From: Bacteroidaceae bacterium
GTDB lineage: Bacteria > Pseudomonadota > Alphaproteobacteria > RF32 > CAG-239
Assembly: GCA_963659495.1 (NCBI GenBank)
Contig: CAVKTH010000002.1
Coordinates: forward strand, 10,712 to 74,711
DNA: 64,000 nucleotides
Direction: 5' to 3'
In this document: one piece after another, positions 1-7,492 of the stretch
Numbering within the stretch: the first letter of the stretch is position 1
Layout of the letters: each line of letters starts with the position of its first letter
The notes under the pieces: generated by a model
Database searches by the model: none
What the model saw: only the letters and a program-made list of their open reading frames with translations
What the model was told of the DNA's origin: nothing
Position numbers and translations under genes: made by a program

Positions 1-498
1 GAATTTTCATCTCTGGGCTGTCCGCATTGCGCCGATTTTCATTTGGACGTTGTACCAAGATTAGAAAAAGAATATGTAGAAAAAGGCCTGCTGCGCATTG
101 TGTTTGTAAACTTTCCGCTGGATAAAAAATCTATGGAAGCAGCAATGCTGCTGCAATGCGCCTCAGCCGACAACTATCACGCTTTTTTAAGCCGTCTTTT
201 TGACAAGCAGAGATTTTGGTATTTAGCCAGCGACACCACCCAGCTGCACAGTTATGCGGCAGAATACGGAATCAGCTATGACGAGGCTGAAGCCTGCCTG
301 CATGACGACGCGATGGCGCAGACCATTATTTCGGACCGTCAGCAAGGGCTTAAACAGCTTGGCATGACCGGAACTCCAGCTTTGCTGTTCAGCGGACGCG
401 ACGGCAATGAAATTATTTATTCGGCCGCCAGCTTTGGTTCGGTAAAAGAATATTTAGACAGCCGCTATGCCAGAATGGGGATAAATCCACATCAATGA
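1..498 (+). CDS. DsbA-like thiol:disulfide oxidoreductase (thioredoxin fold), 5'-truncated by window edge
   Basis: Frame 1 is open from nt 1 and translates EFSSLGCPHCADFHL..., carrying a CPHC thioredoxin active-site motif. Overall similarity to DsbA-family proteins is recalled, not searched. Confidence 0.6.
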   Translation, partial: EFSSLGCPHCADFHLDVVPRLEKEYVEKGLLRIVFVNFPLDKKSMEAAMLLQCASADNYHAFLSRLFDKQRFWYLASDTTQLHSYAAEYGISYDEAEACLHDDAMAQTIISDRQQGLKQLGMTGTPALLFSGRDGNEIIYSAASFGSVKEYLDSRYARMGINPHQ

Positions 499-806
499 AA
501 AAAAACGCCGCCGACATAGAAGCAATGGATAAACGAATCCGCGAGCTGAAAGAACAGCAGCAGGCTAAAAAAGCTGAGCCGTCTTCTCCTTTGCGGAATT
601 CCATAGCCAATGCCTTTAGAATCGGCACGGAATTTATTGCCGCTGTATTGGCCGGAATCTGCATCGGATACACTTTAGATAAAATTTTCGGGACTAAAGT
701 CATTTTTCTGCTTGTATTTTCTTTATTTGGGTGTATGGCTGGTATGTTGAATGTTTATCGCTCGGCTCAAGAGATGGATAAAGATATTCAGAAGGGAAAA
801 GATTGA
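495..806 (+). CDS. AtpI/AtpZ-like small membrane protein of the F0 operon
   Basis: 103 aa with a charged N-terminus and two predicted TM helices. It sits immediately upstream of atpB with a 4-nt overlap, as in the alphaproteobacterial atpI-BEFF' operon. Confidence 0.5.
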   Translation: MKKNAADIEAMDKRIRELKEQQQAKKAEPSSPLRNSIANAFRIGTEFIAAVLAGICIGYTLDKIFGTKVIFLLVFSLFGCMAGMLNVYRSAQEMDKDIQKGKD

Positions 807-1531
807 TGTCAAGTCCGATTGAACAGTTTGAGATTAAAAAGATTATTCCGTTTGAAGTAAACGGAACCGATTTGTCATTTACAAATTCATCTCTGTGCAT
901 GATGATAACTATTGCCGTGATTATGCTCAGCATGACTTTCTGCCTGCGCAAAAGAAGCATTGTTCCGACAATGGCGCAGACTATACCGGAAGCAATTTAC
1001 GGCTTCATTCAGGGAATTATGGGCGAAACTCTGGGCAAAAACGGCGTGCGGTATTTTTCTTTTGTCTTTACGCTGTTTACATTTATAGCCGGAGGCAACA
1101 TTTTAGGACTTTTTCCTTACAGCTTTACATTTACCTCGCACATTGCTGCCGTGGGTGCGCTTTCAATGTTCTGCCTGTTAATAAACATTATTCTCGGTAT
1201 AAAAAGACGCGGCTTGGGCTATTTCCGCACATTTTTGCCGCAAGGCGTGCCGGTTTTGATGGCGCCGCTTATTGTGCCGATTGAAACCATTTCTCTCTTG
1301 TCAAAACCTTTCAGCCTGACTATCCGTCTGGCGGTGAATATGTCTGTAGGACACATCATTTTGAAAGTTTTGGGAGGATTTATAGTTACCATGCAGATTT
1401 TCGGCTTTATTCCGCTGATTGCAGACATGGGAATCATTATGTTTGAACTATTCGTAACGCTGCTGCAGGCTTATATTTACACAACGCTGAGCTGTGTATA
1501 TTTAAACATGGCAGTAAGCAGCGAACACTAA
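803..1531 (+). CDS. atpB: F0F1 ATP synthase subunit a
   Basis: 242 aa polytopic membrane protein with the conserved LTIRLAVNMSVGHIIL region (essential Arg) and C-terminal QAYIYTTLSCVYL. Confidence 0.9.
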   Translation: MMSSPIEQFEIKKIIPFEVNGTDLSFTNSSLCMMITIAVIMLSMTFCLRKRSIVPTMAQTIPEAIYGFIQGIMGETLGKNGVRYFSFVFTLFTFIAGGNILGLFPYSFTFTSHIAAVGALSMFCLLINIILGIKRRGLGYFRTFLPQGVPVLMAPLIVPIETISLLSKPFSLTIRLAVNMSVGHIILKVLGGFIVTMQIFGFIPLIADMGIIMFELFVTLLQAYIYTTLSCVYLNMAVSSEH

Positions 1532-1562
1532 ATTTTGTTGACTAAAAAGAAAGGAACTCAAA

Positions 1563-1799
1563 ATGGAAAACGAAATCTTACAAAACAAAACTTTGGCTTA
1601 TATCGGCGCCGGTATCTGCGCATTGGCTATGACTGTTGCTGCTTGGGGCTTAACCAAACTATGGGTAGCTTTAATTGAAACTGTCGGTCGCAATCCGCAG
1701 GTTAAAAAAGATGTTACCTTGTTCGGCTTTATCGGTATGGGTTCTATTGAAGCTATTGCTTTGTACATTCTGGTTATTGCCATCTTGATGATTATCTAA
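1563..1799 (+). CDS. atpE: F0F1 ATP synthase subunit c
   Basis: 78 aa hairpin protein. It has the GAGICALAM Gly-rich helix 1 and a conserved carboxylate in helix 2 (GSIEAIALYILVIAILMII). RBS GGAA is upstream. Confidence 0.9.
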   Translation: MENEILQNKTLAYIGAGICALAMTVAAWGLTKLWVALIETVGRNPQVKKDVTLFGFIGMGSIEAIALYILVIAILMII

Positions 1800-1833
1800 C
1801 AGACATACATTCCTTTTTTAGCGAGGGAACAAA

Positions 1834-2319
1834 ATGCCTCAATTAGACTTATCTACATTTGCCTCTCAGGCTTTTTGGATGGTTGTTTGCTTCAGCCTGC
1901 TCTGGATTTTGGTTTCGGTTTTTATCACTCCGAAAATTACCGATGTTTTAGAGCAGCGCAAGCGCAAAATAGATGACTATATCCGCAAAGCCGAAAAATT
2001 AAACCAGCAAGCTAAAACTTCGCTGGAAAAATATGAGCAGGCTTTAAATGAAGCAAAAATAAAAGCATCGGCCGATATTGCCGCTAATCAAAAAGAATCT
2101 GCAGCCTTTTTGGCAGCAGAAGAGAAAATGCTGAACGAACGCCTGAACAAACAAATTGCCGACAGCGAATTTAAATTGGCAACAGAGAAAAAAGAAACTC
2201 TGCAGCAAATTGAATCGCTTTCGCAAAATCTGGCGTTTGAAATTGTGCAGAAACTAGGTTTTACGCAAATCAGCAAAGAAGATATAGCAAATGCCGCTGC
2301 TCAAAAAGGAAATGACTAA
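1834..2319 (+). CDS. F0F1 ATP synthase subunit b' (or b; the two paralogues cannot be told apart from sequence)
   Basis: 161 aa with one N-terminal TM helix then a long charged coiled coil (EQRKRKIDDYIRKAEKLNQQAK...). Duplicated b subunits are typical of alphaproteobacteria. Confidence 0.75.
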   Translation: MPQLDLSTFASQAFWMVVCFSLLWILVSVFITPKITDVLEQRKRKIDDYIRKAEKLNQQAKTSLEKYEQALNEAKIKASADIAANQKESAAFLAAEEKMLNERLNKQIADSEFKLATEKKETLQQIESLSQNLAFEIVQKLGFTQISKEDIANAAAQKGND

Positions 2320-2975
2320 TGGCTGAAGAAATTACAGACAGCTCCTTAAATGATGCCGCGGCAGCAACCCTGCAGACCGGCAATGATTTAATAGATGCCA
2401 CGCAAAATGCTATTATAGATGCGGCAGAAAATGTATCTGAAGTATTTGATAAAGCAAATCCGGATATTGCACACCAGCTGACGGAAGTTCCGTTTTATGC
2501 TGATGTGGAATTTTGGGTCGGCATGGCTTTTATTTTATCAATCGTGGTGCTGGCCAAACCGGCTTACCGTTTTTTGAAAAGTGCTATGCGCGGCAAAATT
2601 GAGTCTGTAAAAAATCAAATTGCCGATGCGGAAAAGCTGCGCGATGATGCTCAAGAGCTTTTAGCTCAATATGAACGCAAATTCGCGGCAACCGAATCTG
2701 AAGTAGCAGAAATCTTGAAGCAAGCCGAAAAAAACATTGCTAATCAAAAGAAAAATGATTTAGCTCAGCTGAAAGAAAATACTGCGGTTAAAGAAAAAGA
2801 AATTAAACGCCGTATTTTAAGCTCTACCGAAAACGCCATGGCGGAAATAAATCAGTCTGTAGCCCGCTCTTCCGTGGAAGTTGCTAAAAAAGCCATTTTG
2901 GCTCATATCAGCAAAGCAAATAAAAGCGCGTTGATTGATGAGGCTATTGCCAGCTTGGATAAGTTTATTAAATAA
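2319..2975 (+). CDS. atpF: F0F1 ATP synthase subunit b, with an N-terminal extension
   Basis: 218 aa. A TM helix (GMAFILSIVVLA) is followed by a charged coiled coil (IADAEKLRDDAQELLAQYERK...). Its start overlaps the stop of the previous b-like gene. Confidence 0.75.
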   Translation: MAEEITDSSLNDAAAATLQTGNDLIDATQNAIIDAAENVSEVFDKANPDIAHQLTEVPFYADVEFWVGMAFILSIVVLAKPAYRFLKSAMRGKIESVKNQIADAEKLRDDAQELLAQYERKFAATESEVAEILKQAEKNIANQKKNDLAQLKENTAVKEKEIKRRILSSTENAMAEINQSVARSSVEVAKKAILAHISKANKSALIDEAIASLDKFIK

Positions 2976-3005
2976 GCTTCAAACATTTACAAATAATAAT
3001 CCTAA

Positions 3006-3045
3006 AAGTTACTGCGGTAATTTTTGGGATTTTTTTATTTTTCTT
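3006..3045 (+). terminator. Putative intrinsic terminator of the atp F0 operon
   Basis: Imperfect stem aagttac/gtaattt with loop tgcg, followed by ttgggattttttta. The stem is weak. Confidence 0.35.
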
Positions 3046-3096
3046 TACAACATAGTTATATATTGCTAAAATATCAGCGGATAGGCGATAGTCTGT

Positions 3097-3312
3097 CTAG
3101 GGCGTGAGAACCCTTTAATACAATTAGTCGTTATGCATAAACGACTTAAATTTTGTTATGCCGATTTCTGTTCGCTGGACGGATGTCGGCTGAATATGGC
3201 TATGAGCTGAATAAGCCGAGCCGTTCTAATTGTATTACGGTTTCTCAACATCCGCCCGCCATTTTGGTGGGTTTTGTTTTATGTGTAACAAAATTAAACG
3301 GAGTTTAGAAAT
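3097..3312 (+). ncRNA. Conserved structured 5' leader (candidate riboswitch or attenuator RNA) of pilin-like gene copy 1
   Basis: About 215 nt at roughly 80% identity to the region upstream of the second pilin-like gene (51176-51393, minus). The two copies preserve three hairpins through compensatory changes. One hairpin is agtcgtt-atgcata-aacgact (3126-3146) against agtcact-tgcata-agtgact. An intrinsic terminator (cccgcc...ggtggg + UUUUGUUUU, 3253-3280) lies 32 nt before the ATG. Confidence 0.6.
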
Positions 3313-4452
3313 ATGTATAATAATTTTGAAAATGTTAATGATAAATTTGCTGGCGGCACTAAGCCCACGTCTCTGGCACCAGTCATTCTAGGCTCTGTGC
3401 CTAGCATCTTGTGGAAACGAGTCTCTAACCTAGTTAATAAATTAACCTTATTATTAAATAAGTACTGGGATAGCATGCTTAGTGCTATTTGCAAGTTTTT
3501 TAAGTACCCCTCACCCGACGCCAAGACGTCACCCTCTCCCTCACGGGGCGAGGGTTATGGATTGCTTCGCAGCGCTCGCAATGACGCCGTAATTAATGGC
3601 GAGGGATTGCACCGCCCTTGGTGCCACAAGATACTAGGCACAGGGCCTAGTATGACTGGTGGCAGAGACGCTGGTTTTGTTAGATTGCTTCGTTGTTACA
3701 CTCCTCGCAATGACGCAAAAAGAACCAACATCGCATTTAAGGGTTTGGATGTCGTGCGTCAATACGCCGCACTTTTGGAGCGACGTGTACAACGAGGTAC
3801 ACGAGCGAGAAAAGCGCTAGTAGTGACCCGACAGGCAAACCCGCTAGGACGCAGTATGATAGAAATGCTCGGCGTTTTAGCGATTGTTGCCGTATTAACT
3901 ATTGCAGGTATTGCCTGTTATAGCAAAGCTATGACGATGTTTAAAATCAACAAATGGAAAGAAAATTTTACTATGATGATGACAAATCTTAGAGTCACAT
4001 ATTCTAACAGCCGCAGCTATAATACTGAGGCTCCGGGTAAAAACATGGTGAGTTTTTTCAAAGAAATAAATGTTATACCTGCTAATATGCTAGATGATGA
4101 AAATAAAGATTTATTCGGAAATATAGTCAGCATATATTCGCCGACATTTAGTCCGGAATGGAACCGGCTGACTATTCTGTTTTTTATGCCGCCGAATAAA
4201 GAATCTGTTGAAGTTTGCAAAGCTTTTTTCAGTCTCACTCCCGATTTTAGAAATATGTGGACGGTAAATCTCAATGATAATTTAAAAATCGGAGAATATC
4301 AACTATGCGGGTATGGCGTACCGGCTGAAATTGCTAAACAATGGAATTGTCAATATTATAGAGACGGCATTTTGCCGCAAATAGCTCAAAGCTGCGCTAT
4401 ATGTTCACAGTATTCCTGCGACCTAAAGCTTATAATAAGCAACAACAGCTAA
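3313..4452 (+). CDS. Prepilin-like protein (type IV pilin / pseudopilin N-terminal domain) with a long repeat-laden N-terminal extension; copy 1
   Basis: G-RSMIEMLGVLAIVAVLTIAGIA at codon 3847 matches the prepilin cleavage/methylation motif (Gly at -1, Glu at +5, hydrophobic helix). The C-terminal 200 aa are Cys-containing and variable. The MYNNFEN start is shared with paralogue copy 2. The 177-codon N-terminal extension (3313-3846) stays open despite being built from palindromic repeats. A true start near the TM segment cannot be excluded. Confidence 0.55.
   Translation: MYNNFENVNDKFAGGTKPTSLAPVILGSVPSILWKRVSNLVNKLTLLLNKYWDSMLSAICKFFKYPSPDAKTSPSPSRGEGYGLLRSARNDAVINGEGLHRPWCHKILGTGPSMTGGRDAGFVRLLRCYTPRNDAKRTNIAFKGLDVVRQYAALLERRVQRGTRARKALVVTRQANPLGRSMIEMLGVLAIVAVLTIAGIACYSKAMTMFKINKWKENFTMMMTNLRVTYSNSRSYNTEAPGKNMVSFFKEINVIPANMLDDENKDLFGNIVSIYSPTFSPEWNRLTILFFMPPNKESVEVCKAFFSLTPDFRNMWTVNLNDNLKIGEYQLCGYGVPAEIAKQWNCQYYRDGILPQIAQSCAICSQYSCDLKLIISNNS
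3371..3667 (+). repeat. MITE-like palindromic element inserted in-frame: 44-nt terminal inverted repeats (3371-3414 and 3624-3667), each with a ctagg-N7-cctag hairpin core
   Basis: The reverse complement of 3371-3414 matches 3624-3667 at 40/44. A shorter related element lies at the same relative position in copy 2 (51051-51112). The elements encode VILGSVPSIL and KILGTGPSMTGGRDA. Confidence 0.6.
3559..3717 (+). repeat. Two related attgc...gcaat hairpin repeats (3559-3588 and 3682-3717) inside the pilin-like 5' region
   Basis: ggattgcttcgcagcgctcgcaatgacgcc is paired with agattgcttcgttgttacactcctcgcaatgacgca. Both read in frame as LLRSARNDA and LLRCYTPRNDA. Confidence 0.5.
3739..3845 (+). repeat. 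105-bp palindromic repeat element (gggtttg...caaaccc), copy A, in-frame inside the pilin-like gene
   Basis: About 85% identical to 4508-4612. Its termini are inverted (gggtttg/caaaccc) and it has internal hairpins cgtc...gacg and gtgtac...gtacac. It encodes KGLDVVRQYAALLERRVQRGTRARKALVVTRQANPLG immediately before the prepilin Gly. Confidence 0.6.
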
Positions 4453-4461
4453 ACTAAAACC

Positions 4462-4503
4462 ATCCCGAAAACCGCAGCTGCAATCTTTGGGATGGTTTTG
4501 TTA
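4462..4503 (+). terminator. Intrinsic terminator after pilin-like gene copy 1
   Basis: A 9-bp stem aaccatccc/gggatggtt is followed by ttgtt. Confidence 0.5.
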
Positions 4504-4507
4504 ATAA

Positions 4508-4612
4508 CTCAAGGGTTTGGATGTTGTGTGTCAATACGCCGCACTTTTGGAACGTGGTGTACAAATAGTACATGAGTGAGAAAAGTGCAAGCAGAGACCT
4601 GACAGACAAGCC
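4508..4612 (+). repeat. 105-bp palindromic repeat element, copy B (intergenic, between the pilin-like gene and fba)
   Basis: Direct repeat of 3739-3845. This copy contains in-frame stops, so it is non-coding. Confidence 0.6.
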
Positions 4613-4621
4613 CTTATAAAA

Positions 4622-5671
4622 TTAGAGTTCGCCGGCAGCGTATCTTTGTGCCATATCCGACAATTTGATAGCTTTAATTTGGTCTGCATGTCCAGCAGCG
4701 CCAAAGGCAATATAACGAGCTTCGCAAACTTTCTGCATTTCTTCAATAGCAGGTTTCAAATATTTACGAGGGTCAAACTCTTTCGGATTTTCCATAAAGA
4801 AACGACGGATAGCGCCGGTAATTGCCATACGGGAATCGGTATCTACATTGACTTTGCGAACACCGGATTTAATACCGCGGACAATTTCTTCTACCGGAAC
4901 GCCGTAGGTCTGAGGAATAGCACCGCCGTAAGCATTGATTAAATCTTGCAATTCCTGCGGAACAGAAGAAGAACCATGCATTACCAAGTGAGTGTTAGGC
5001 AATTTAGCATGAATTTTTTCAATAACATCAATAGCCAAAATATCGCCGTCCGGTTTACGAGTGAATTTGTAAGCGCCGTGAGAGGTACCAACAGCCACAG
5101 CCAAAGCATCCAAATGTGTCAAAGCTACAAATTCAGCAGCTTCATCAGGATCGGTTACCAAGCGTTTTCTATCCAATTTACCCTCAGCGCCGTGACCGTC
5201 TTCTTTATCAGCCTTACCGGTTTCCAAAGAGCCGATAACGCCCAGCTCGCCCTCAACAGAAGCGCCGACAGCGTGAGCGCGGGCTACAACTTCTTGAGTT
5301 ACGCGAACGTTATATTCAAATGAAGCCGGGGTTTTGCCGTCTGCTTCCAAAGAGCCGTCCATCATTACAGAGCTGTAACCGTTTACGATAGCGGATTGGC
5401 AGATATTTACAGAAGCGCCGTGGTCTTGGTGCAAGCAAATCGGCAATTCCGGAAACATTTCAATACCGGCCATTACCATATGGCGAATCATTGGGTCGCC
5501 GGCAAATTTACGAGCGCCGGTAGAGGTTTGCAAAATAACCGGAGCGTTTACTTTTTTAGCAGCTTGCAATACAGCTAAAATTTGTTCCATATCGTTTACG
5601 TTGAAAGCCGGAACACCATAACCGTGTTCTGCCGCATGGTCAAGAATTTGACGCATAGATACTAAAGGCAT
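4622..5671 (-). CDS. fba: Class II fructose-bisphosphate aldolase
   Basis: 349 aa: MPLVSMRQILDHAAEHGYGVPAFNVNDMEQ..., with the CLHQDHG metal-binding region typical of class II FBA. Confidence 0.9.
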   Translation of the reverse strand: MPLVSMRQILDHAAEHGYGVPAFNVNDMEQILAVLQAAKKVNAPVILQTSTGARKFAGDPMIRHMVMAGIEMFPELPICLHQDHGASVNICQSAIVNGYSSVMMDGSLEADGKTPASFEYNVRVTQEVVARAHAVGASVEGELGVIGSLETGKADKEDGHGAEGKLDRKRLVTDPDEAAEFVALTHLDALAVAVGTSHGAYKFTRKPDGDILAIDVIEKIHAKLPNTHLVMHGSSSVPQELQDLINAYGGAIPQTYGVPVEEIVRGIKSGVRKVNVDTDSRMAITGAIRRFFMENPKEFDPRKYLKPAIEEMQKVCEARYIAFGAAGHADQIKAIKLSDMAQRYAAGEL

Positions 5672-5743
5672 TTTTTTCTCCTTAAAAAGTTAAGTTTTAT
5701 AACTGCCTAAAATATATGCAATTTCAATTTTTTTGCAAGCATT

Positions 5744-7492
5744 TTATTTTCTGTCTTGCTGTTCAAAATTCTGCAGGCAATAAAATCTATAATATGCGCC
5801 TTTATGCGCCAAAAGCTCGTCATGCGAACCTTGCTCCGCGATTTTACCCTTATCCATTACCACCAGCGAATCCATTTCTTTCAAAGTGGAAAGACGGTGG
5901 GCGATAGCGATAACCGTTTTGCCTTTCATCAATTTTTTGAGCGATTGCTGAATATAGTTTTCGCTTTGACTGTCCAGCGCCGAGGTTGCCTCGTCCAAAA
6001 TTAGAATCGGCGCATTTTTCAGAATAGCGCGGGCAATCGCAATACGCTGCCGCTCGCCTCCCGAAAGCAGTACGCCGCGTTCGCCGACTTTGCTGTCATA
6101 ACCCTCCGGCAGCTGTTTTATAAACTCATCGGCAAATGCTTGTTTGGCGGCGGCTTCCACTTCCGCATCGGTTGCATCCAAACGCCCATAGCGGATGTTT
6201 TCGCGAATCGTGCGGTTAAACAAGGTTGTATCTTGCGGAATCACGGCTATCTGCGCCCGCAGGCTCTCTTGGCGGACTTTGGCAATATCTTCGCCGCCGA
6301 CCGTAATTTTACCGCCGCAGACATCAAAATAGCGCACCAGCAATTTAATCAAAGTAGACTTGCCGCTGCCGGAATGCCCGACTAATCCGACTTTCTGCCC
6401 CGATTTTATCTTCAGCGAAAAATTGTTAAATAATTTTTCTTTCTGCGGATAGCAAAAGTCAATATTTGCAAAGCTGATAGAGCGATTGCGCATTTTGATA
6501 TTATGAGCGTCCGGCGAATCCTGCACCAAGCAAGGCTGAAAAATCAAATTAAGCCCGTCTTTAACCTGCCCGTAAGACTGGGAAAATTCACTTACGAAAA
6601 AGCCGATGTTTATAACATCAAACATTATGCCGTTCAGCAAAGAAGTCGCCATTACCACATCGGCAAAGCTGATTTTTTGCAAATACCAATAATAAAAAAC
6701 TGCTAAGCAAGAAGCCAGATAGGTCGCCGCAAAGCAAATTTTTCCCTCAAAATCAAACCAAGCGTCTTTGGTGCGTTCGGTTTGCTCGGCTTTTACGGCT
6801 GTTCTCAGCACATTATAAAAATGCTTTTTCTCATAAAAATAATTAGCAAAGCTTTTTACTAAATCAGAGTTTGTGACCGTATCAATAAAAACGCCGTCGG
6901 TTTCTGCCCCGAATCTGGCTCTTTTTTCGGAAAACGAGCCTATTCTTTTGCGAATATAAACCATAATCAGCAAATATATTATATTCAGCAAAAAGATGAT
7001 AAAACCCAGCTCACAATTAGCCGAGCAAATCAAAATCATCGTAATAATCAAGCCGCCTAAAGGACGGATAACCCCAAACACTATCTGCCCGTAGATTTCC
7101 TTAATGCCGGAGACAATGTTTTTAGTCTTGGAAGCAATCTTTCCCGCCATTTCTTCATTAAAAAAGCGGATTGAATGATGATGAACCTGCACAAAAATAT
7201 CTTTATACACCAAGCTGCAGAAATAAGGCATAAATTTTCCGGCCGTATAGCGCCAAACATAGGCGGCTGCAGAATCCAGAAGCAGCATAGCCGCCAGCAA
7301 GCCGATAAACAGCATAATCTGCGACAAAACAGCGCGGTCTTCGGTATATTTCGGCAAATAGCCTATAACCTGCGACATTGCGTAAATCTGTCCGCGTTCG
7401 GCAATGCAGCGGAAGATTAAAGCCGCAAGAATAACAGCTGCCATAAATTTTGTTTTGCGCAGATACCTTAGAATAAAAGCAAAAACGTTCAT
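5744..7492 (-). CDS. ABC transporter, fused permease/ATPase exporter (MsbA-like)
   Basis: 582 aa. The N-terminal half has six TM helices. The C-terminal half has Walker A GHSGSGKST, the ABC signature LSGGERQRIAIARAIL and Walker B ILILDEATSALD. Confidence 0.85.
   Translation of the reverse strand: MNVFAFILRYLRKTKFMAAVILAALIFRCIAERGQIYAMSQVIGYLPKYTEDRAVLSQIMLFIGLLAAMLLLDSAAAYVWRYTAGKFMPYFCSLVYKDIFVQVHHHSIRFFNEEMAGKIASKTKNIVSGIKEIYGQIVFGVIRPLGGLIITMILICSANCELGFIIFLLNIIYLLIMVYIRKRIGSFSEKRARFGAETDGVFIDTVTNSDLVKSFANYFYEKKHFYNVLRTAVKAEQTERTKDAWFDFEGKICFAATYLASCLAVFYYWYLQKISFADVVMATSLLNGIMFDVINIGFFVSEFSQSYGQVKDGLNLIFQPCLVQDSPDAHNIKMRNRSISFANIDFCYPQKEKLFNNFSLKIKSGQKVGLVGHSGSGKSTLIKLLVRYFDVCGGKITVGGEDIAKVRQESLRAQIAVIPQDTTLFNRTIRENIRYGRLDATDAEVEAAAKQAFADEFIKQLPEGYDSKVGERGVLLSGGERQRIAIARAILKNAPILILDEATSALDSQSENYIQQSLKKLMKGKTVIAIAHRLSTLKEMDSLVVMDKGKIAEQGSHDELLAHKGAYYRFYCLQNFEQQDRK

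Noticed and set aside
895-1284. ORF overlapping atpB in another frame (also 1219-1437 and 1598-1783 on the minus strand)
   Set aside because: They sit entirely inside well-supported ATP synthase genes, with no motifs of their own. These are typical shadow ORFs.
3083-3096. 14-mer aggcgatagtctgt shared between the copy-1 leader promoter region and the hairpin at 63974-63987
   Set aside because: A single 14-nt match is within chance expectation for 64 kb. The downstream sequence at 63988 does not continue into the conserved leader. It may reflect a similar promoter or -10 region, but this is not supported.
3097-3312. Assignment of the conserved leader to a known riboswitch class (c-di-GMP I/II, TPP, SAM, ZTP, glycine and others)
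   Set aside because: None of the class-defining conserved sequence blocks could be recognised by eye. It is left as an unclassified candidate.
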